64,000 bases of DNA from Oscillospiraceae bacterium. GTDB taxonomy: Bacteria; Bacillota; Clostridia; Oscillospirales; CAG-272. Location of the stretch: contig SVSP01000001.1 in assembly GCA_015064255.1 (NCBI GenBank), positions 203,951-267,950 of the forward strand, read 5' to 3'. Below, piece by piece: positions 46,813 to 55,314 of this stretch (its first letter is position 1; the number at the start of each line of letters is the position of its first letter). The notes under the pieces are model-generated. The model worked only from the letters and a program-made list of their open reading frames with translations, had not been told where the DNA came from and ran no database searches. The position numbers were made by a program, and so were the translations under genes.

Positions 46813-47745
46813 TCAAATGCTTATTTTATCTTCGATTTCCTTTGCATATCCGAGTGCCTGATCGGCTTCGACGTCATATCCGTTTTTGCGGTGGATGTCC
46901 GCAATCTCTAAATATACCTGATATGCTTCATTAAATTTTTCAAGCTTACGGTAACACCAAGCTATTTGATACTTTTCGTCGCAAAAAGGTGTTCCTATTT
47001 CTCCTGATTTTTCATAACACTCGATAGCCTTTTCATATTTTTCCATACTGAAATAAACAAGTCCCTCAAGCAGATACAATTCCCAATTGTCAGGGTACTT
47101 TTGTAATGCATCCGTGCAAGTAGAAATTGCCTTTTCATACTGTTCTGCTGAATCGTATGCCTCTATAAGAAGACACCATTCTCTCTCGTCAAGATCTCCG
47201 TTTGCTTCGTCCATTTCACGCTGACGCTCTTTCAAAATTTCCTCTCCTTTTCCGAAAGAAAACAGCATACCCTGTTTCATTGTCGCCGAGCGTCTGTACG
47301 GTAATGAATTTTTATCCGTTTTGTCAGCTAAAACCGCGTCAAACCATTTGAGTGCTTCCTCTTTGCAATAATACATCATCGCCATATGGAGCCAGCCATA
47401 GTCCCACTTCTCGTACGTTGAAAGCTCGCCTGACCTCATTATTTTCTGATATTCCAGACGGCATCTTAAAAAGTCCTCGGGGTCCTTGCTCGTGTCATAG
47501 AGAGCAGACAGTCTTTGCGCGTAATTTTCGTAAGCGACCGAATGTTTCTTAAAAAGATCATCTACCATAACCCCGTAAAGCTTGGCAATTTCGGGAAGGA
47601 GCAGTACGTCGGGCAGGGTAGTTCCGCACTCCCAACGGGATACGCTTTGAGCCGTTACGGAAAGCTTTTCTGCAACCTCTTCCTGAGTGTATTTTCTTGC
47701 TATTCTGAATTTTTTCATATTTTCGGAAAATACGGTTGTGTTCAT
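46813..47745 (-). CDS. XRE-family HTH plus TPR regulator
   Basis: N-terminal 'RKYTQEEVAEKLSVTAQSVSRWECG' HTH, with TPR-like repeats in the remaining ~240 aa. Confidence 0.7.
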   Translation of the reverse strand: MNTTVFSENMKKFRIARKYTQEEVAEKLSVTAQSVSRWECGTTLPDVLLLPEIAKLYGVMVDDLFKKHSVAYENYAQRLSALYDTSKDPEDFLRCRLEYQKIMRSGELSTYEKWDYGWLHMAMMYYCKEEALKWFDAVLADKTDKNSLPYRRSATMKQGMLFSFGKGEEILKERQREMDEANGDLDEREWCLLIEAYDSAEQYEKAISTCTDALQKYPDNWELYLLEGLVYFSMEKYEKAIECYEKSGEIGTPFCDEKYQIAWCYRKLEKFNEAYQVYLEIADIHRKNGYDVEADQALGYAKEIEDKISI

Positions 47746-47978
47746 ATAAAATCCTCTCTTTGTCTGGTTTTCGTAAGCTTACGGTCTTATTATATCAATA
47801 ATAAAACAAAATAACAATATCTCATTTTATGAGTTGACTCTCATTTTCTGCACAGAAAATATAAAATGCCGAGAGCAGCTTTTAGGTTGCCCTCGGCGAT
47901 ATGATCGGTTACAGCGAATGATGGTGGTTTGTTTTCAAAAAAGTTTTTAATCGGGTTCCAAGGACAAAACCCTTGCCG

Positions 47979-49379
47979 TCACTCCTCAAGTGCCATAACT
48001 TCACTCACAAAGAAGTTGCCGCGTACCTCGAAATTCTTGAACGCGTCAAAGCTTGCACACGCAGGGGAGAGAAGTACGATATCTCCGACTGTCGCAATTT
48101 CGGAGGCGACCTTGACCGACTGACCGAGATTTTCTGTTTCGTATATCACAGGACGCTCTGACGACTCTGCATATTCTATCGAATTTATAAGCGCAGATTT
48201 TATCTTGTCTTTGGTAGCACCGCAGAGGATAACCGCTTTGGCTTTTTCACAAAGAGGGGCTGCAAGAGGCTCAAAGGGAATGTTTTTGTCGTATCCTCCG
48301 CAAAGAACGATGACCTTCTGCGGGAAATTCGATAGAGCCGCGGCGGTTCTTGTCGGACTCGAATCTATCGAGCTGTTGTAATATTTTACTCCGCGGCGCT
48401 CGCGTACGAACTGACATCTGTGAGCAACTCCGCCGAAATTCTTGGCAACAGACTGTATCGACTCATTCGAAACGATGCCGTAAAGCGCACCGATTGCCGC
48501 CATATAGTTTTCAACGTTGTGGCGTCCGGGAATCTTTATATCTGCGGTCTTGAGAACTGCATCATCGTTGTAATATATGACTCCGTCTTTTTCGTAAACT
48601 CGGTTTTCACAGTTGGGAATACACTTTGACGAGAAGTAAACGACTTCGCCCTTGACAGTACTTCCAAGCTCTTTAGTGATGCTGTTTTCACAATTTAGTA
48701 CAGTTCGTGAGCCTTCATTCTGATATTTCAGAATGTTTGCCTTGGCATCAATGTATTCCTCCATTCCGAGATGGTAGTCGAGATGGTTGGGCGTTATGTT
48801 GGTTATAACCGCGACGTCGGGCGATTTTGTCATAGTATGGAGCTGAAATGAAGAAAGCTCTGCGACAGAATAACTGCCATTGTCCATATCATCTACACGG
48901 GGAAGAAGGGGAAATCCGATATTTCCGCCGAGAAATGTCTTTTTGCCGTCTTCTTCAAGTATTTTGCTTATTACCGTTGTGGTGGTCGATTTGCCGTCGC
49001 TTCCCGTAATACCTATCGTGTGCGTGGGCGTAATGTCGAAGAAGAGCTGCATTTCGGAAGTAATAAGCGCACCGCGATTTGCCGCTTCTATAAGAGAAGG
49101 CTTGTCGAAACGTATGCCGGGTGAACGGAATACGATATCCTCGGTAATATTATCAAGATAATTTTCTCCGCAGATGAGAGTAACACCCTTTTCTTCAAGA
49201 GAGGCGGCAAGCTCATTCCCGAGTGCTTCGCGCTTTTTCATATCGCGGGCAATTACCTTTGCGTTGCGCTCAAGTAAAAAGTCGATAAGCGGAAGATTGG
49301 AAACACCGATACCGAGTACGGCAGCTGTTTTATTTTCAAGCATATTTTTGAGATAAAGTTCTCGAGTAGTTTTGTTCAC
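47979..49379 (-). CDS. murD: UDP-N-acetylmuramoyl-L-alanine--D-glutamate ligase
   Basis: 466 aa, Mur ligase P-loop 'GITGSDGKSTTT' and a typical MurD N-terminal Rossmann ('AVLGIGVSNLPL'). Confidence 0.8.
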   Translation of the reverse strand: MNKTTRELYLKNMLENKTAAVLGIGVSNLPLIDFLLERNAKVIARDMKKREALGNELAASLEEKGVTLICGENYLDNITEDIVFRSPGIRFDKPSLIEAANRGALITSEMQLFFDITPTHTIGITGSDGKSTTTTVISKILEEDGKKTFLGGNIGFPLLPRVDDMDNGSYSVAELSSFQLHTMTKSPDVAVITNITPNHLDYHLGMEEYIDAKANILKYQNEGSRTVLNCENSITKELGSTVKGEVVYFSSKCIPNCENRVYEKDGVIYYNDDAVLKTADIKIPGRHNVENYMAAIGALYGIVSNESIQSVAKNFGGVAHRCQFVRERRGVKYYNSSIDSSPTRTAAALSNFPQKVIVLCGGYDKNIPFEPLAAPLCEKAKAVILCGATKDKIKSALINSIEYAESSERPVIYETENLGQSVKVASEIATVGDIVLLSPACASFDAFKNFEVRGNFFVSEVMALEE

Positions 49380-49595
49380 GGCGGATATCCTTTCAAAACA
49401 GAAATCTTTTTATAAGCCTGTGTATAATATTCAGGCAGATGATATATATTATATTATACATTCAAAGGTGAGCGATATCAACAGCTTTTTATATATTTTT
49501 TTGATTTTTTGATAAAAGAAAAAAGCACTTTGATATCCGCGGAAAATAAGCGCAAAATTTTTTTAAAAAATTTTAAAAAAACTTGCCGAAAGCTG

Positions 49596-49624
49596 TTGAC
49601 AAATCGAAATTGATGTGCTATAAT
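49596..49624 (+). promoter_or_regulatory. Consensus sigma-A promoter of tRNA-Gln
   Basis: TTGACA, 17 nt spacer, TATAAT with an extended -10 TG (gtGcTATAAT). It lies 39 nt upstream of the tRNA. Confidence 0.75.
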
Positions 49625-49663
49625 GCATAACGTTGTGAGGGAACTCACAGAACAGTAAAATGT

Positions 49664-49734
49664 TGGGGAATTGTGTAACGGTAGCACAGCAGACTCTGAC
49701 TCTGTATGTTGGGGTTCGAATCCCTATTCCCCAG
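49664..49734 (+). tRNA. tRNA-Gln (anticodon CUG)
   Basis: Hand-folded cloverleaf: acceptor TGGGGAA/TTCCCCA, D-arm GTGT/GCAC, anticodon arm GCAGA-CTCTGAC-TCTGT, 4-nt variable loop, T-arm TGGGG-TTCGAAT-CCCTA, discriminator G. No encoded CCA. Confidence 0.85.
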
Positions 49735-50099
49735 TAAAACAAAAGACACGCCAATGGCGTGTCTTTTTGTTTTACTATGAGCAGAAAATGATGAGAACCC
49801 CGCAAATTCGCAGGATTTGCTGAAGCGGACGGGAAAGGGGATAAAGGGAAAATGATACACGACGTCCGCTTTGGGTTCAGAATCCCTATTCCTCAGTAAA
49901 ACAACAAAACACGCCATATGGCGTGTTTTTTGTTTTACTATTAGCAGAAAATGATGAGAACCCCGCAAATCCGCAGGATTTGCTGAAGCGGACGGGAAAG
50001 GGGATAAAGGGAAAATGATACACGACGTCCGCTTTGGGTTCAGAATCCCTATTCCCCAGTAAAACAAAACACGCCATAGGGCGTGTTTTTTGTTTTACT
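49708..50099 (+). repeat. Tandem repeat of about 2.4 copies with a 162-163 bp period
   Basis: Each unit has the tRNA-Gln T-arm/acceptor 3' fragment, a terminator hairpin and a ~100-nt spacer. Fragment copies end at 49734 (the real tRNA), 49896 (gggttcagaatccctattcctcag) and 50059 (gggttcagaatccctattccccag). Each is followed by an AAAACAAAA(G)ACACGCC...GGCGTGT(C)TTTTTGTTTT hairpin, and the spacers are near-identical. Confidence 0.9.
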
Positions 50100-50158
50100 C
50101 AAGGTACTTGCAATCTCCTCGATTTCATGCTATACTAACCTCGAAAGGAAGTGATAAT

Positions 50159-50722
50159 ATGCCCAAAAAGCAAATCTTAACAAAAGCAAATATGGAAACA
50201 GATATAAAGAACGTTCTCAAAAATCCGGCGAATATGTCACGCTTTGAGTACCGTAAATCTGTTACTCCGCCGCTGATATTTTCGGCAATCGCGCTTGTAG
50301 TAATGCTTGTTTTTCAACAATACTATAAGCTCGTATTGTTGGTTTCTCTGATTTTTATCGCAGTATATCTATTGGTCGGTTATATCATCCAAACAAACAG
50401 CATAAAAAATGTATCGCTCGACGATTATGAAGTGAGTGAAGAAGTCGTTTTGAACGTCATAGAGGACACATACAGTACAAATAACAGAAGCTATATAAAT
50501 AAAAAACTGAGCGAAGTGCGTGCTTATATAATGCGCTTTGAAAACGGTAAAAGCTGGAATATACCTGATGACAACTATGTTTGGAGCGTAGAGTGTTCTA
50601 TGTCGGATAAAACTTTGTATCAACTTGCAAAAGAAGGAGATGTCTTTATCGTTGTAACTAAAAAAGATACCTTTGATATCGTTGTGGCATATCCCGCTGA
50701 GTATTTTGAATATAAAAATTAA
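50159..50722 (+). CDS. Hypothetical membrane protein (2 TM plus C-terminal soluble domain)
   Basis: Start at ATG 50159 after AAGGAAG. Upstream TTGCAA-17-TATACT promoter-like sequence at 50108-50136. No recognisable motif. Confidence 0.5.
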   Translation: MPKKQILTKANMETDIKNVLKNPANMSRFEYRKSVTPPLIFSAIALVVMLVFQQYYKLVLLVSLIFIAVYLLVGYIIQTNSIKNVSLDDYEVSEEVVLNVIEDTYSTNNRSYINKKLSEVRAYIMRFENGKSWNIPDDNYVWSVECSMSDKTLYQLAKEGDVFIVVTKKDTFDIVVAYPAEYFEYKN

Positions 50723-50792
50723 TGTCATTTGAATTAACCGTACATCATAAAAACCGAAAGCCTTTGCCTCGGGTGCTAAAGGACAGTTAAAA

Positions 50793-50828
50793 AGCCGATA
50801 TGGATTTTATTCCGTATCGGCTCTTTTC
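50793..50828 (+). terminator. Intrinsic terminator
   Basis: AGCCGATA...TATCGGCT followed by CTTTTCC. Confidence 0.55.
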
Positions 50829-50882
50829 CATTGTACTACCACTTGGGGTGGTGAATAAGTGCGCTCTTCCTGATAGTTTTTG

Positions 50883-50993
50883 AGTGATATGCTGTCTACG
50901 AAAGCGTGATATTTTTGCTTCCGCAAAAGTTATATTGCTCTGTAAACAGAGCAGTTATATTCTATTCGCCTCAAAAGCGAATGGGGTTATAAA
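50883..50993. repeat. Array of short hairpins, each preceded by a G(T)(G/T)ATAT word
   Basis: Units: GTGATAT, then GTGATAT-TTTTGC/GCAAAA, GTTATAT-TGCTCTG/CAGAGCA, GTTATAT-ATTCGC/GCGAAT, then TTATAAAG. Confidence 0.6.
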
Positions 50994-51097
50994 GATGGCG
51001 ATGCTGATGTAATAGACGTAGAGCGAAAAAAGGAAGCATTGAGAAAGTGATACATAGCCCTTGTTTGCAAATATAGCGTTAAAAATACGGATAACTA

Positions 51098-51126
51098 TTG
51101 AAAAATGACAGGATATGTGCTACAAT
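51098..51126 (+). promoter_or_regulatory. Sigma-A type promoter
   Basis: TTGAAA, 17 nt spacer, TACAAT with an extended -10 TG. Confidence 0.55.
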
Positions 51127-51166
51127 AAAGTAGTAAAGCCAAGCATTCAAAGGAGAGGGTTCCGAA

Positions 51167-51466
51167 ATGAAAAAAATACTTTTATTATTAACGCTTACAT
51201 CACTCTTATTAGCTCTGACATCGTGCAAGGTGAACTGGTTTACGACAACGGTTGATGTTCCGTGGTATTTCATTGCAATTCCCGTAGCTTTGATTTTCGT
51301 TGTTTCGTATTTTATACTGATGAATATAACCTTCGTTTGTCCCGAATGTAAGACCGAATTTAAGCCTAAGTGGTATCAGCTTTCGGTATGCTTCCACTTT
51401 ATGGGTAAAAGATACGCAAAATGTCCGAAATGCGGCAGTAAAGGCTTTTTCGAGAGAAAAAGATAA
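51167..51466 (+). CDS. Small lipoprotein-like membrane protein with a cytoplasmic zinc ribbon
   Basis: Lipobox 'LALTSC', one further TM segment, then 'CPECK...CPKCG'. Strong RBS AAAGGAGAGGG. Confidence 0.55.
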   Translation: MKKILLLLTLTSLLLALTSCKVNWFTTTVDVPWYFIAIPVALIFVVSYFILMNITFVCPECKTEFKPKWYQLSVCFHFMGKRYAKCPKCGSKGFFERKR

Positions 51467-51489
51467 TTTTATCTACGTAAATGTAAAAA

Positions 51490-51538
51490 CAGGCAGAGAA
51501 AATCGCAGTATATAAATGCGTTCTCTGCCTGCTTTTTT
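51490..51538 (+). terminator. Intrinsic terminator
   Basis: CAGGCAGAGAA...TTCTCTGCCTG followed by CTTTTTT. Confidence 0.8.
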
Positions 51539-51620
51539 GTAAAATGCGGTTGATTTTCAGAAAATATTATGCTAAAATTTGCTTGTAAGATTCTTTTGTT
51601 ATATAAAGGAGATTTTTGAT

Positions 51621-53837
51621 ATGACACAGTCTTATTTCTTTAAAGATGCCGCGTGGGTAGGCAAAAAAGAGAGAACTAAGAGTTCGTTTTCTGTTTTGCG
51701 CGGTCATTTCGAAGTTGAAAATATAAACAAGGTATCCCTTAACGTTTTGGGACTTGGATTTTTTAAATGCTATATTAACGGCGTTTGCATAAATCCAGAT
51801 ACGTTTTTGCCGCTTTCATCAGATTTTGAGGCAAGCTGTGACCCGGCAGGCGAGATACTTGCAGGGCATAGAATTTACGTTCCTCAGTTTGATATAACGC
51901 CCTTTGTTAAGGTCGGAGATAACGTTATCGCACTCCATTTCGGCGGCGGTTGGTACACTCACAAATGCCGTGTCTTCGGTCTTCCCAAAGCTGTTTATTG
52001 CGTGTCGGTCGAATGTGCAGATGAAACAAAGTACTTCGTGTCGGATGAAAATTGCCGTATAGCCGGCGGATACGTATCGGATTACAATTTTGTGACCTTT
52101 GAAACACAAAATTACAGTAATTGGAATGATTGTTTTGATGAAAATTTTGATGATTCATCTTGGGAATATGCAGTAAGATGCGAGGCACTCGACAGCGAGT
52201 ATTGTGCAACGGACTGTCCTGCAGATGCACTTATTGAAGAACTGCCGATCAAAAAGATAGGCGTCGGGAAAGCGGGTATAATATACGACTGCGGACAAAA
52301 TACGACGGGTTACCCTGTTTTAAATATTACGGCAAGCGCGGGCGAAAATATAAAGGTCGTCTTTTCCGAGAGTATTCTTGCAGACGGCAGTGCGCTTGAT
52401 ATGTCACACGCGCACGGACAGACCTTTAACGTAATTTCGGACGGAAAGGGACGTACCGTTCAGCCGGAATTTACGTGGTTTGGCTTCAGATATTTTGAAG
52501 TGATCGGTGACGCTGTGCCTGAATATGTGAAGGTCATACACGCGGACGTGCCGAGCGCATCTTCCTTTGACTGCGATAATGAAACTCTCAACTGGACGTA
52601 TAAGACGTTTATCCATACGATGCTTTGCAATATGCATACCGGTCATCCGTCAGACTGCCCGCATATTGAGCGACGCGGCTATACGGGCGACGGTCAGCTT
52701 ACCTGTCACGCAGTTTTGTCCGTGCTTGACGCGAGAGCTTTTTATGAAAAATGGATGCAGGATATCGGAGACTGTCAGGACACTTTAAGCGGTCATATAC
52801 AGTACACAGCACCCTACATACGAAGCGGCGGCGGTCCCGGCGGATGGGGAAGCGCGATAGTAGAGGTGCCTTATCAGCTTTATAAGCATTACGGTGATAA
52901 AAACATACTTTCAAAGTATTATGAAAATATGAAACGTTATATCGACTATCTCGAGGCGCATTCGGAATTCAACCTCGTTACAAGCGATAAAAAGGGCGAA
53001 TGGTGCCTTGGAGATTGGTGCGGACCGAATATTCTCTATCCTGACAGAGATATAACATGTGGGGAACAGCAGATGCTTCTTCCCGCACCGATGGTGAACA
53101 CCTATTTTATGGTTAAAACACTTAAGAAAATGTCAGAAATAGCTCATATAATCGGAAAAGACGAGGATATCGGCATTTACAAGGAAAAGGCTGAAATTCG
53201 CTCTGACGCTATAAGAGGTGCATACTTCAATACCTTTGACGGAAATTTCATTATGAACGTACAGGGAGCAAATGCATATGCTGTCGATATTGGACTCGGA
53301 AACGAAGAGACTTATCAGAATATGGTAAGATATTACTCAAAGCTCGGATATTACGATACGGGAATTTTTGCTACAGATATTCTGACACGTGTGCTGTTCG
53401 AAAAAGGAAACGCGGAGCTTGCGGTTGATCTTCTTATGAATAACGGTTTGCAGGGCTACGAGCATTGGCGACGGAACGGAGCAACGACCTTCCATGAGTA
53501 TTGGGACAGTAACAGAAGCCGTTCGCATAATCATCCGATGTTCGGCGCACCTATTGCATATTTCTTTGAATATTTGCTCGGAATAAAGCAAAAAGAGGGA
53601 ACTGCGGGTTATAAATCTCTTGTAATTGCGCCGCAGGCAACCTCAAAATTCGGAAGAATGGCGGGAAGTATGAAGACATCTGGCGGTGACGTTTCTGTAA
53701 GCTATACGAAAGAAGATGACCGTATTTTCTTCAGGATCGAAATTCCGTCGGGAACAGAAGCCACTTTCGTATATTCGGATAAGGAATATTCTCTTGAAAA
53801 CGGAGTAAATGAGATCTTCATAGAGCTTTGCCGATAG
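51621..53837 (+). CDS. Alpha-L-rhamnosidase (GH78-like), cytoplasmic
   Basis: 'HPSDCPHIERRGYTGDGQ' matches the GH78 'DCP-x-RE-R-x-G-W/Y-TGD' block. Start at ATG 51621 after AAGGAG. Confidence 0.75.
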   Translation: MTQSYFFKDAAWVGKKERTKSSFSVLRGHFEVENINKVSLNVLGLGFFKCYINGVCINPDTFLPLSSDFEASCDPAGEILAGHRIYVPQFDITPFVKVGDNVIALHFGGGWYTHKCRVFGLPKAVYCVSVECADETKYFVSDENCRIAGGYVSDYNFVTFETQNYSNWNDCFDENFDDSSWEYAVRCEALDSEYCATDCPADALIEELPIKKIGVGKAGIIYDCGQNTTGYPVLNITASAGENIKVVFSESILADGSALDMSHAHGQTFNVISDGKGRTVQPEFTWFGFRYFEVIGDAVPEYVKVIHADVPSASSFDCDNETLNWTYKTFIHTMLCNMHTGHPSDCPHIERRGYTGDGQLTCHAVLSVLDARAFYEKWMQDIGDCQDTLSGHIQYTAPYIRSGGGPGGWGSAIVEVPYQLYKHYGDKNILSKYYENMKRYIDYLEAHSEFNLVTSDKKGEWCLGDWCGPNILYPDRDITCGEQQMLLPAPMVNTYFMVKTLKKMSEIAHIIGKDEDIGIYKEKAEIRSDAIRGAYFNTFDGNFIMNVQGANAYAVDIGLGNEETYQNMVRYYSKLGYYDTGIFATDILTRVLFEKGNAELAVDLLMNNGLQGYEHWRRNGATTFHEYWDSNRSRSHNHPMFGAPIAYFFEYLLGIKQKEGTAGYKSLVIAPQATSKFGRMAGSMKTSGGDVSVSYTKEDDRIFFRIEIPSGTEATFVYSDKEYSLENGVNEIFIELCR

Positions 53838-53851
53838 ATTAGGAGGCGTTT

Positions 53852-55279
53852 ATGTATAGCACTTTTGAATCTGATAAGAAACTCGTAAAATATCATCCTT
53901 CTGCGCGTCAGCTCGAAGTGGAAAAAATGGAGTTTTATGCTTTCGCACATTTTACGGTAAATACCTTTACTGATTTGGAATGGGGAAACGGAACCGAACC
54001 CGAAGAAATTTTTAATCCTACAGAGTTTGATGCAAATCAATGGGTAAACGCACTTAAAAGTGCGGGTATAAAAGGGCTTATACTTACCTGTAAGCATCAC
54101 GACGGATTTTGTCTGTGGCCGTCCGCATATACCGAGCACAGCGTAAAGAACAGTCCGTTCAAACACGGTAAAGGCGACGTCGTTCGCGAAGTCAGCGAGG
54201 CTTGCGCAAGAGGAAATATAAAATTCGGGGTATATCTCTCTCCGTGGGACAGAAACTGTCCTCTTTACGGACAGGGAAAAGCCTACGACGACTATTTCTG
54301 TAGTCAACTTACAGAGCTTCTTACGCAGTACGGTGAGCTTTTCTCGGTATGGTTTGACGGTGCTTGCGGAGAAGGACCTAACGGTAAACGACAGATATAC
54401 GATTGGGAAAGATATTACGCGCTGATACGTAAGCTTCAGCCGAATGCCTGTATATCAATATCGGGTCCCGACATTCGTTGGTGCGGTAACGAATCGGGAC
54501 AGACAAGAGAAAGCGAATGGTCGGTACTGCCGACTGAGTTTTATACACCCGAAGAAGTTGCGGCTAACAGCCAAAAGAGCGACGACACGTCTTTCAGAGA
54601 GAAGAAAGTGGATTGTATGGCGCGTGATCTCGGGAGCAGAGAATTTCTCGAGGGTGCGAAGGATTACAGATGGTATCCGTCGGAAACTGACGTTTCTATC
54701 AGACCGGGATGGTTTTATCACGCAAGTGAGGATGACCGTGTGCGCTCTGCCGAAAATCTTATTGATATATGGTACCGTACGGTAGGCGGAAATTCGATGC
54801 TTCTTCTTAATATTCCGCCGGACAGACGGGGACTTTTCCACGAAACCGACGTACAGCGACTTCGTGAAATGGGTGAATATATCGACAGAACGTTTGCTGT
54901 AAATCTTGCCGAAAACGCAACCGTTACGTCGGATAAAGACGACGGCTATCATACGGCGGATGCACTGAAAACAGACAGCTACGACGAATATTTCAAGACC
55001 TTTGACGGAGAAAATACCGCAGAGATCTTAATAGAGCTCGCAAAGAAGAGTGACGTTACTCACATTGTTATGAAGGAACACATACCGATGGGTCAGAGAA
55101 TAGAAAAATACACCGTTTATGCAGAGCTTGAAAACGGTGTATGGAAGACTGTTGAATCGGGAACTACGGTCGGTTATAAAAGGATAATGAAATTTGACAG
55201 CGTGCATACCGATAAGATACGTATAAGTATTACCGATTCGCGCATATGCCCGATACTGTCTTTTGTTGGCGTATATTAA
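53852..55279 (+). CDS. Alpha-L-fucosidase (GH29-like) with C-terminal discoidin (F5/8 type C)-like domain
   Basis: 'FAHFTVNTF' and 'TCKHHDGFCLWPS'. The C-terminal ~130 aa look like a beta-sandwich. Confidence 0.75.
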   Translation: MYSTFESDKKLVKYHPSARQLEVEKMEFYAFAHFTVNTFTDLEWGNGTEPEEIFNPTEFDANQWVNALKSAGIKGLILTCKHHDGFCLWPSAYTEHSVKNSPFKHGKGDVVREVSEACARGNIKFGVYLSPWDRNCPLYGQGKAYDDYFCSQLTELLTQYGELFSVWFDGACGEGPNGKRQIYDWERYYALIRKLQPNACISISGPDIRWCGNESGQTRESEWSVLPTEFYTPEEVAANSQKSDDTSFREKKVDCMARDLGSREFLEGAKDYRWYPSETDVSIRPGWFYHASEDDRVRSAENLIDIWYRTVGGNSMLLLNIPPDRRGLFHETDVQRLREMGEYIDRTFAVNLAENATVTSDKDDGYHTADALKTDSYDEYFKTFDGENTAEILIELAKKSDVTHIVMKEHIPMGQRIEKYTVYAELENGVWKTVESGTTVGYKRIMKFDSVHTDKIRISITDSRICPILSFVGVY

Positions 55280-55314
55280 ATTCTATGAAATATTTGCTTG
55301 ACTGACAAACGGAA

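Noticed and set aside
49611-49624. A shared TGTGCTA(T/C)AAT box at three promoters (49611-49624, 51113-51126, 60611-60624), considered as a possible specific regulatory site.
   Set aside because: It is fully explained by the extended -10 (TGnTATAAT) consensus of Firmicute sigma-A promoters. There is no additional conserved flanking sequence.
49645-50077. Minus-strand ORFs of 140 aa and 63 aa covering the tRNA-Gln region. They contain an internally repeated peptide (…ADVVYHFPFIPFPVRFSKSC…).
   Set aside because: They run antisense through a tRNA gene and simply translate the 162-bp tandem DNA repeat. There is no RBS, and the terminator hairpins lie inside them.
49708-50099. Possible CRISPR array.
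   Set aside because: The period is about 162 bp and the 'spacers' are near-identical to each other. The repeated part is a tRNA 3' fragment plus a terminator. No cas genes are in the window.
49664-51500. Intact prophage or integrative island at tRNA-Gln.
   Set aside because: No integrase, recombinase, excisionase or phage structural gene lies within several kb of the att-like repeats. At most this is a remnant.
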